Shown here: positions 30,590 through 37,526 of the stretch, in pieces
How the letters are laid out: each line of letters opens with the position of its first letter
Position numbering within the stretch: position 1 is the first letter of the stretch
IMG/VR virus record: IMGVR_UViG_3300031084_000004
Coordinates: 1-38,986 of that record
Reading direction: 5' to 3' (one strand)
Length of the DNA stretch: 38,986 nucleotides
DNA from: a virus
The notes under the pieces: generated by a model
What the model was told of the DNA's origin: nothing
Database searches by the model: none
What the model saw: only the letters and a program-made list of their open reading frames with translations
Program-made: the position numbers and the translations under genes

Positions 30590-31351
30590 TTACTTTCCCA
30601 CGATGTTTGCGAGAAAGCCGTCGCGCTCCCCCTGCGGCGTCACAGCAGCCGGAGCGGTGCGCTCGGATGCGATCGACTTGGGGGGTGCGGTAGGCTTAGC
30701 CGCCGATTGGACAGGTGCAGCCACGGGGGCTGCACCAACGGGCACGCTCTGCGGTGCATATCCTCGCTTGGCTGCTTCGCGGGTGAACCAGTCGTCCACG
30801 TTATCGCCAATGTCGGACACGAGCGCATCGCGCTTATGCTGCTGGACGATCCACTGGATGGGGCGGGTCTTGGCCATGTACTCGGCAGCGAAAGCAGGAT
30901 TTGCCTGCGCCCGCGTCTGAGCCCATTCGACGGCAGCCTGCACAGCCTCTTGGCCATGCTTCTCCACTGCGTCCTCATGCGACCGCTCGAAACGGTCGGT
31001 AATGATAGCCTGCTGCACCAGCTGCTGTTGCTGCTGGGCAAAGCCCTCCGGATCGTCGAGGGGATCGATACGCTGCGGTGCTTGGCGCTGCTGCGCCTCG
31101 TACTGCTCGACCTTTCGCTTGTACTCCTTGGCCTCGTCACGCCAGTTGAGAGCCGTCGCGAGAGGTACGGTTCGCGATTCATCTCGTGGTGCTTCGGGTT
31201 CCGGAGCGGGCGTCGGTTTCGGCTCAGGTTCGGCTACCGGCTCCGCAGCTACGGGTTCGGCAACGACTTCTTCTGCGACAGGCGCAACTTCAGGAGCCGT
31301 CTCCGGCTCTTCGGTTGCCATCAAGTCGCTAAGAAAGTCCTGATCCGCCAT
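30590..31351 (-). CDS. Scaffolding protein
   Basis: ATG 31351 with AGGAGG upstream. Acidic Pro/Glu/Ala-rich N-terminus followed by long helices. Lies between the portal and capsid genes. Confidence 0.6.
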   Translation of the reverse strand: MADQDFLSDLMATEEPETAPEVAPVAEEVVAEPVAAEPVAEPEPKPTPAPEPEAPRDESRTVPLATALNWRDEAKEYKRKVEQYEAQQRQAPQRIDPLDDPEGFAQQQQQLVQQAIITDRFERSHEDAVEKHGQEAVQAAVEWAQTRAQANPAFAAEYMAKTRPIQWIVQQHKRDALVSDIGDNVDDWFTREAAKRGYAPQSVPVGAAPVAAPVQSAAKPTAPPKSIASERTAPAAVTPQGERDGFLANIVGK

Positions 31352-31496
31352 CTCATCCCTCCTTGCCTGTGTCGTCGGCAACTCACGCAGCGCCCGGTCA
31401 TCGGCGGCATGGGGGACTGTTGACGAGCGTCCCCGCCTCGAACACGGCTATTAGGCATAGCCGCACGAGTATTTTCCGGGTTGCGCTAGAAGGCGG

Positions 31497-33461
31497 TCAA
31501 GCCGCTTGAGGCTCTTCTCGCAGATGATCAGGCAGCAGAGCGTCCAGCGCCGATTTCTCGGTTTCGACCTGCGTCTGCTGTGCCTTGGCATTGGCAAGAT
31601 TGGCCTGAGCCGCCTTGTGCATGGTGTCGGCCTGCGACTGCTCTGCGGTCGACTGCTGCTTCTCTTGCAGGGCTTGCGTCAGCTGCTGTACCTGTTGTGT
31701 CAGCGCCATGACCTGGTTCTGCTGCTGCTCGTCGCGGCCCTTCTTGATTAGCCCTATGACGCGCGTTTTGTCGGCAATCGGACTCGCCTCGATCATTAAC
31801 TCGAAAGCGGGGCTATAGACGGCCTCCAGGCCGCCAGCCTGACCAACAAGCTGCACGAGCTCTGCCCACACCTCCTGAGCCAGCGTGGCTGTGTCCTGAA
31901 CGGTGTCGAGGATAATATCCACGTCCAGCTCAGCCAGCCGGTTGTTATAGCCGGTCACGCCCATAGCCTGCTGCATAGCGGGTTGTCCGGTCAGCGGGTC
32001 AACCATCTGCTGGCCATCAGGCCCTGCCATGGGCTGCATCACCGGCCCCATGATCGGCTCATTGACCTGCACGAACTCAGGCGCGCGGGTGTCGTCGGTA
32101 ATGCGGATAAACCATGGGTCGGTTTTGAACTGACGCGCACGGCACCACATTTGCCGGTACACGCGCAGTTCCCAATTGCTCAGCCGCCCGATCGGCCGGG
32201 CAAGTTCGGTGAGGCCTGCCTGCTGAGACACGAGGCGCGCGCGACCTGACTGCGATGCGCCTTCTTGGCGCCCCAGAACAGCCGGCGTTGGACCCATGCG
32301 CTCAATCTCACCCTTGGCCTCCTGATTGCGCAGGATGTTGGCCTGGGTCATGTCATTGGTCGGGATTAGTGACCAGCCGTAGGGCAGCACGCCGTCAGCC
32401 TTGGCAGCCTCCGAGCGGGCAATGTCCGCATCGGCCGGGTTACCCTGCTGATTGGGGTCATACTGAACCTGGCGGCTGTTCATCAGGTGCAGCGAGCGCG
32501 ACCGAGATGCGTTAATCTCGTCCTGGATCGGCATCATGTCGTCCACGATGCCGTAGCGGCCATTGTCTAGGTCGACATAGCAGCTAGTCGCCTCGATTGG
32601 GTTGGTGGGGCGCCCCTTCTCGTCGTTGTACGGGCTTGGTCCATATTCCAACACGCCCGCCGCCACATAGACGATGCGCTTCCACTCGCCATCGTCCAAT
32701 GCGTATTCCTCGCAGAGAAGGACGCGGCGCCGCTTGCTGTTGATCCAGCCCAGCCCCTGATCCCCGCGGTCCTCAAAGGTGTCGCTGAAGATGCTTTCGC
32801 TAGGGCTCAGTGGGTCGCCAATCTCGCGGATGCGCTCAGGCCAGCGACGGCGGATGGCATCAGCATCCATCCACTTCGCGATACCCATGAACCTGGCGTC
32901 GCTGAAATCGTGGCGGCGCGAATAGGGGTCGTAATAGAATTCTTCCCATCGGATCTGCGTCGGCACGATGTCGTCACCGTCCATCTCGACGATGACCGCG
33001 CCAGCGCCCTCTACGAAGTGATTATCCGCCACGTCCAGCTTGATGTTGGCGAAGTCAGACTGGTCCGCGATGAAGCGCAGAACCTTTGTGACGACATCGG
33101 CCGCATCTTGATCGCCGGGGTTGCGCGGGTAAGCTTGAGGATCGCTACGGGCCTGCTCCAGAACGCCTAGGACACCGTTTACAGCTGGGCGGATGCGGTT
33201 GGTATATATCGGAGGCTGCGCACGCAGGCGAAGCGTCTGGCGGACCTCTGAAGTCAGCTGGCCCGGCCCGTCGTAATATTCACGCGCCTTCTTCGACTTG
33301 GCACGGCGTCCGCGCGGATCATCCCGCGCCCCCTCAGACCGCCTGCGCAGTTCCTCGATACGGGGCGGCGTGCCCTTGATGTAGTCAGGCAGCGTCTGTG
33401 TCTCGCCAGAAATGACGATACCGTCGCGGTTCTCATCCGTCAGGGCGTTTTGTTCAGGCAT
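31497..33461 (-). CDS. Portal protein
   Basis: 654 aa, directly downstream of terL. Gln-rich coiled-coil C-terminal barrel-like tail, as in P22-type portals. Confidence 0.75.
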   Translation of the reverse strand: MPEQNALTDENRDGIVISGETQTLPDYIKGTPPRIEELRRRSEGARDDPRGRRAKSKKAREYYDGPGQLTSEVRQTLRLRAQPPIYTNRIRPAVNGVLGVLEQARSDPQAYPRNPGDQDAADVVTKVLRFIADQSDFANIKLDVADNHFVEGAGAVIVEMDGDDIVPTQIRWEEFYYDPYSRRHDFSDARFMGIAKWMDADAIRRRWPERIREIGDPLSPSESIFSDTFEDRGDQGLGWINSKRRRVLLCEEYALDDGEWKRIVYVAAGVLEYGPSPYNDEKGRPTNPIEATSCYVDLDNGRYGIVDDMMPIQDEINASRSRSLHLMNSRQVQYDPNQQGNPADADIARSEAAKADGVLPYGWSLIPTNDMTQANILRNQEAKGEIERMGPTPAVLGRQEGASQSGRARLVSQQAGLTELARPIGRLSNWELRVYRQMWCRARQFKTDPWFIRITDDTRAPEFVQVNEPIMGPVMQPMAGPDGQQMVDPLTGQPAMQQAMGVTGYNNRLAELDVDIILDTVQDTATLAQEVWAELVQLVGQAGGLEAVYSPAFELMIEASPIADKTRVIGLIKKGRDEQQQNQVMALTQQVQQLTQALQEKQQSTAEQSQADTMHKAAQANLANAKAQQTQVETEKSALDALLPDHLREEPQAA

Positions 33462-33485
33462 AGGCGGACATGATTGTCGCCTTGT

Positions 33486-34958
33486 CTAGCCCCATGCGGA
33501 AGACGTACTCGCAGGACGGGGAGGGCGGTAATCGCCGGGGGGTGGATTGTTCGACGGTGCAACATGGCGCACGACGGCTGGATGTGCCTCATCCAGTGCT
33601 CGGCCGATCAGCGACGAACAGTCCACATCGTCGTCATGCTTGCCGGCTGGGAACATGAGATGCTCGGACACATCGGCACCGGGCTCGAAGCGCACTTTAC
33701 CCATAGCGGCGCGCGCCTGGAAGCCACGGGCGCGAGCAGGCTTGTCGCTTATGGACGACAGCCATTCAAGGCGGCAGAAAATCCCGCGCTCCATCATGCG
33801 ACGACGCAGCATCGGCTCGATCGCCTTCTGGATCACGCCAGCCTCACCGAACCAAGCAAGTGGCTTCCAGCGTTTAATCAGGTCCAGCTTTTCTTCAATC
33901 CACACGTCAGACGTGGACTGTCCTCGCCATCCACCCATGCGGTAAATTGTGCCGTCCGGTCCGACGCCCCAGATGCGGTGCACGGTGTAATCGCCTCCGC
34001 CATCAGTGACCGCGTAATCGCTAGTGCCGTAGTAATTCAGCGGAGGTAGGGGCGCTTCCCACTCTTGCAGCCAGTCGCGCTGGAAATATGTGCCTTCATC
34101 GGGCTGGGGCTGCTGCTGGTAGAGGGCGGACCATTCCCGAGGGCCTATGGTATCCTTGATGCGCTGGAGAGCGGCCACGCCGTACCATTCGGGCCACAGC
34201 GCCTCACCATCTGCGTTGATGGCAGGCAACTCTAGCACTGTCCATTGCCCGCCATCCTCAACGCACCCCTCTTGCTCAAGCAAGCGACCCGCAAGATCAT
34301 CCTCATGCCAGCGCGTCTGAATTAGAACCACCGCCCCGCCAGGCATCAATCGGGTGTAGAGGGTAGAGCGATACCAGTCCCAAACTAATTCACGCCTGCG
34401 CTCGCTGTCCGCTTCCTCACGGTCCTTGAACGGGTCGTCGATCAGCGCGATGTCAGCACCACGGCCGGTGACAGCCGTACCGACGCCCGCCGCGACATAG
34501 GTGCCGCCCTTATTGGTATTCATGCGGTTGGCGGCCTGGCTATCGGGTGCCAGCGATATGCCGCTGAACACATCACCAAATTCCCGGCTAGCCACGACGT
34601 TACGCACATTGCGCCCGAAGTCCGATGCAAGGTCGCTGTTGTAGCTGGCGGCGATGATCTGACGCTTCGGCTGGCGACCCAGACACCACGCAGGAAAGCG
34701 CTTGGACGCCAGCTCAGACTTGCCGTGACGAGGCGGCATGAAGATCATCAGCCGGTCTATCTCGCCACGCTCAACGGCCTCCAGCTTCTCCGCGATGCGC
34801 TGGTGGTGCCCGGCCGGGACATAGACCGGGTTTGTGTACTCAGTGAACGCGAGAAGCCGACGCCTCGCCAGTTGCTTCCGAAGCGTCTCCAGTTCCGCGA
34901 TCGAGGAAAGGAGCAACTGCCGCTGTGAGGCTTCGGATGCGGTCTGCAAGTTCGTCAT
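33486..34958 (-). CDS. terL: Terminase large subunit
   Basis: 490 aa. Walker A MIFMPPRHGKSE, followed by LIDDPFKD, VLIQTRWHEDDLAGRL and the C-terminal nuclease region. Confidence 0.9.
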   Translation of the reverse strand: MTNLQTASEASQRQLLLSSIAELETLRKQLARRRLLAFTEYTNPVYVPAGHHQRIAEKLEAVERGEIDRLMIFMPPRHGKSELASKRFPAWCLGRQPKRQIIAASYNSDLASDFGRNVRNVVASREFGDVFSGISLAPDSQAANRMNTNKGGTYVAAGVGTAVTGRGADIALIDDPFKDREEADSERRRELVWDWYRSTLYTRLMPGGAVVLIQTRWHEDDLAGRLLEQEGCVEDGGQWTVLELPAINADGEALWPEWYGVAALQRIKDTIGPREWSALYQQQPQPDEGTYFQRDWLQEWEAPLPPLNYYGTSDYAVTDGGGDYTVHRIWGVGPDGTIYRMGGWRGQSTSDVWIEEKLDLIKRWKPLAWFGEAGVIQKAIEPMLRRRMMERGIFCRLEWLSSISDKPARARGFQARAAMGKVRFEPGADVSEHLMFPAGKHDDDVDCSSLIGRALDEAHPAVVRHVAPSNNPPPGDYRPPRPASTSSAWG

Positions 34959-35226
34959 CGCTCATGTCACTCGTATCGTCGGTGATGTTGAGGTTCACAT
35001 CCTTTGGCAGGAGGCTGGCGATCACCTTCACGTAAACGTCAGGCTTCTCCTCACGACAGGCTTTGATGGCCGCAACGCCGTTAGCGTTGAAGTCGTCGTG
35101 GAGCGCCTCCACAAATGCTTCAGCCAGCCGATTGCGGGCGCCTTTCGGGCGTCCGGCTGGGTTGCCGGACTGCCCTGGCTTGAAGGGAATACCGCGCTGC
35201 TTAGGCGCTGTAGCATCAGCATCCAT
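34840..35226 (-). CDS. terS: Small terminase subunit candidate (DUF5681-like)
   Basis: ATG 35226. GIPFKPGQSGNPAGRPKGARNRL is the DUF5681 signature. The 3' 119 nt overlap terL in another frame. Confidence 0.6.
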   Translation of the reverse strand: MDADATAPKQRGIPFKPGQSGNPAGRPKGARNRLAEAFVEALHDDFNANGVAAIKACREEKPDVYVKVIASLLPKDVNLNITDDTSDMSDDELADRIRSLTAAVAPFLDRGTGDASEATGEASASRVH

Positions 35227-35516
35227 CACCACCCCCCATGACCACGCAGGCAAGTTCCCACGTCGAAGCCGTCATCCAGATCCTCGATCCGCTCCTGAGC
35301 CATCCATGACTTGCGCAGCTTACGCTTCAGGACAGGGCGAGTGGCGGGTTTTTTGGGCATAGCCGGCGGAGTGTACTTCGCACCGATTTGACGGCGCCAG
35401 CGCTCGATGGTTACACCGCCGACGTTGAACCGCTTGCGCAGCTTTAGATTGCCCTCACAAGCCGCGTAGGCGGGAAATTCGGGCGGCATGGGTAAAGTTG
35501 GCCTGGGCATGTTCAC
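35226..35516 (-). CDS. HTH-containing protein (96 aa)
   Basis: LRKRFNVGGVTIERWRRQIG is an HTH-like segment. Upstream of terS. Confidence 0.45.
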   Translation of the reverse strand: MNMPRPTLPMPPEFPAYAACEGNLKLRKRFNVGGVTIERWRRQIGAKYTPPAMPKKPATRPVLKRKLRKSWMAQERIEDLDDGFDVGTCLRGHGGW

Positions 35517-35665
35517 CCCTCCCTGCTGTCGCGCTCAAGGGCGCGGAGGCGTGGAATGCGGAAGCGGTTGCGCCGCAATGCCTGCCGATGGATTTCCTCG
35601 TAGGTCGTCGGCAACGGAACTCCATCCGTGAATTTGCTCAAATCCACCTTCAGCTCGTCGCTCAT
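35513..35665 (-). CDS. Hypothetical protein (50 aa)
   Basis: ATG 35665 forms an ATGA overlap with the upstream stop. Confidence 0.4.
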   Translation of the reverse strand: MSDELKVDLSKFTDGVPLPTTYEEIHRQALRRNRFRIPRLRALERDSREG

Positions 35666-35850
35666 GCTGCGTCTCCGATCTGACGGCAGGTCCAATAGGT
35701 CACGTTGCTAACCTCGACCTCGAATGTCCGTTCGCACCTGCCGCATTCGATCTCGGTCAAATCTTCATCGTAAAGCCAGCCGCCATCGTGCGTTTGCTCA
35801 TGCCCGCAATACGGACATTTTGGGGCGGAGCTGCTGAACGTCTCGCTCAT
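35662..35850 (-). CDS. Zinc-ribbon protein (62 aa)
   Basis: CPYCGHE ... CGRCERTF, two CxxC pairs. Confidence 0.55.
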   Translation of the reverse strand: MSETFSSSAPKCPYCGHEQTHDGGWLYDEDLTEIECGRCERTFEVEVSNVTYWTCRQIGDAA

Positions 35851-36170
35851 TCCCCGTCCCCCTGCGCGGCGGGGAGGGCGCGATCGGCAAGCTCATTGAG
35901 CGCGGCAAAAGCATCGGTCTTCATGCGCTCACAGGACGACGACCAAGCATCACCTGACTTGATGCACGATGCCGAGAAGCCGATCCATGCTCCGACGATG
36001 CCAGCCAGACGGTCAGTGTCCATCTCGCTGATAAGGTCGTCCCCCACGCGATGTGGCGCTGCTACGGTCGCGCTCAGGCCAAGGCCCGACTGATCCCCAT
36101 GGAAGCCATGCTCCGTCGCGGCAGTCTCTGCCCTTTCCTTGCCGGTCAACGATGACTCCTTCTCCATCAC
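35847..36170 (-). CDS. Hypothetical protein (107 aa)
   Basis: ATGA-coupled ORF. Confidence 0.45.
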   Translation of the reverse strand: MMEKESSLTGKERAETAATEHGFHGDQSGLGLSATVAAPHRVGDDLISEMDTDRLAGIVGAWIGFSASCIKSGDAWSSSCERMKTDAFAALNELADRALPAAQGDGE

Positions 36171-36334
36171 TTCTCTCCCATCATCTTGAGGTAAAATCCG
36201 ACCGTCTCCGCGCTCACGCCGTGTCGCCTAGCGACTGGATCCGGATTGGCTGCGACCCGCTTGCGTGTGGCGGCATCGGCGCGCAGCATGCCGATCAGCA
36301 TCGGGGTGAGTCCCGTCTCAGGCCGCGCGGGCAT
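36167..36334 (-). CDS. Small HTH protein (55 aa), first gene of the leftward late operon
   Basis: ATG 36334 (GGAG 8 nt upstream). Contains ..VARRHGVSAETVGFYLKMM. The ORF-track N-terminal extension looks non-coding. Confidence 0.45.
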   Translation of the reverse strand: MPARPETGLTPMLIGMLRADAATRKRVAANPDPVARRHGVSAETVGFYLKMMGEK

Positions 36335-36371
36335 AAAAATGCTCCGTGTACGAAAAATCTGCGGAACCCTG

Positions 36372-36400
36372 TTGACGGCTGCATGTTTTTCCTTTAGATA
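36372..36400 (+). promoter_or_regulatory. Sigma70-like promoter TTGACG-17 nt-TAGATA for the 36429..36789 cassette
   Basis: Hexamers and spacer counted directly. Lies 29 nt upstream of ATG 36429. Confidence 0.5.
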
Positions 36401-36428
36401 AAACATCAGACGCAACGGAGACACTGAG

Positions 36429-36602
36429 ATGACCACCTACACCATCACCAACACCGCTTCGGGCATCGTCCTGGGCCAGTACGAAGCTGCTACCGAAGCC
36501 GAAGCTCTGGACCTGATGGCACGCGATGCTGGCTATGCCGACTACGCTTCGATCCCCGAGCAAATCGGTGGCGGCGAAGATCTGGTTGTGACTGCCGCCT
36601 GA
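36429..36602 (+). CDS. Small acidic protein (57 aa)
   Basis: Own translation: MTTYTITNTASGIVLGQYEAATEAEALDLMARDAGYADYASIPEQIGGGEDLVVTAA. GGAG 9 nt upstream. Confidence 0.5.
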   Translation: MTTYTITNTASGIVLGQYEAATEAEALDLMARDAGYADYASIPEQIGGGEDLVVTAA

Positions 36603-36603
36603 A

Positions 36604-36789
36604 ATGGCAGGCATCCCCGGCAAAGGGGGGCGCACCGGTAAATCCGGGCGTCCGTCCGACACCCCAGGCATACGGAAAGTGCCGATCAGCGTATCAGTCG
36701 CACCAGCCACCAAAGCCAAGCTGATGGCACAGGGGCCAAAGTGGATGACGGCACGGCTGGAGGAACTGGCAGCCGCGCTGGAGGGGTAG
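36604..36789 (+). CDS. Possible ribbon-helix-helix DNA-binding protein (61 aa)
   Basis: Basic Gly-rich N-terminus, then RKVPISVSVAPATKAKLMAQG...TARLEELAAAL (beta-strand plus two helices, CopG/Arc-like pattern). Confidence 0.4.
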   Translation: MAGIPGKGGRTGKSGRPSDTPGIRKVPISVSVAPATKAKLMAQGPKWMTARLEELAAALEG

Positions 36790-36808
36790 GGGGTCATCGT
36801 CCTACCCC
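36783..36808. terminator. GC-rich hairpin between convergent genes (putative bidirectional terminator)
   Basis: GGGGTAGG-10 nt-CCTACCCC. It overlaps the TAG of 36604..36789 and ends 2 nt before the ssb stop. No U-tract on either strand. Confidence 0.4.
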
Positions 36809-36809
36809 C

Positions 36810-37280
36810 TCAAAACGGCACGTCGTCATCAAGGTCGTCACGGCCGAACGATCCTGCCTGAGACTGCCCCCGCTGCTGGTTGCCGCCGGAATTTCCCGCA
36901 GAGCCTCGCTCAGAGCCATTTGCCTGCCCCGGCCCATCCAGCATCGTCAGGACCGAGTTGAAGCCCTGAAGTGTGATTTCCGTCGAGTACCGATCGGCGC
37001 CCGACTGATCCTGCCACTTGCGGGTGGTCAGCTGGCCTTCGATGTAGACCTTCGATCCCTTGCGTAGGAAACGCTCAGCGACGTTCGCTGAGCCCTCGTT
37101 GAAGACCTTCACCGTGTGCCACTCGGTCTTTTCCTTCTTCTCACCGCTGTTGCGATCCTTCCAGCTTTCGGAGGTCGCAATCCGAAGCTCGACGACCTTG
37201 CCGCCGTTCTGAAACGACCGGCTTTCCGGGTCGCGGCCTAGGTTGCCGACGAGGATCACTTTGTTGACGCTGCCTGCCAT
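36810..37280 (-). CDS. ssb: Single-stranded DNA-binding protein
   Basis: [19 protein letters not shown]..., an OB-fold, a Gly/Gln-rich linker and the acidic tail DDLDDDVPF. Confidence 0.95.
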   Translation of the reverse strand: MAGSVNKVILVGNLGRDPESRSFQNGGKVVELRIATSESWKDRNSGEKKEKTEWHTVKVFNEGSANVAERFLRKGSKVYIEGQLTTRKWQDQSGADRYSTEITLQGFNSVLTMLDGPGQANGSERGSAGNSGGNQQRGQSQAGSFGRDDLDDDVPF

Positions 37281-37298
37281 TTCTCTTTCTCCCTAAAT

Positions 37299-37328
37299 CC
37301 GGCCCGCCGCCATGAGAGGCGGGGCCGG
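37299..37328. other. Strong GC hairpin (10 bp plus bulge) between the iterons and ssb
   Basis: CCGGCCCGCC-9 nt-GGCGGGGCCGG. It is followed (plus-strand direction) by the tandem TAGTAC-G-TAGTAC element at 37330..37342. Confidence 0.45.
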
Positions 37329-37372
37329 GTAGTACGTAGTACTAGGTGTCTCCGCTCCGCAGATTTGCAGGC

Positions 37373-37526
37373 TACTTCCGCAAGCAATTTCAACGACTTG
37401 GCGTTTACCTCCGCTTGCTTCCGCAGTACTTCCGCAAATGTACTTCCGCAGTACTTCCGCAAGCAATTTCAATGGGTTAGCGGCAATGGTGCGGAAGTAA
37501 CCCATCACCGACCACCTACTTCCGCA
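37373..37526. repeat. Iteron cluster, putative origin of replication: TACTTCCGCA x5 direct, one variant, one inverted
   Basis: Direct copies at 37373, 37427, 37441, 37452 and 37517. Variant TGCTTCCGCA at 37416. Inverted copy TGCGGAAGTA at 37490..37499. Two copies extend to a 21-bp exact repeat, TACTTCCGCAAGCAATTTCAA (37373..37393 and 37452..37472). Confidence 0.7.

Noticed and set aside
37373-37526. The short direct repeats as a CRISPR-like mini-array.
   Set aside because: The repeats are 10 bp with irregular 1-44 bp spacing and include an inverted copy. No cas genes or leader are present. An iteron origin fits better.
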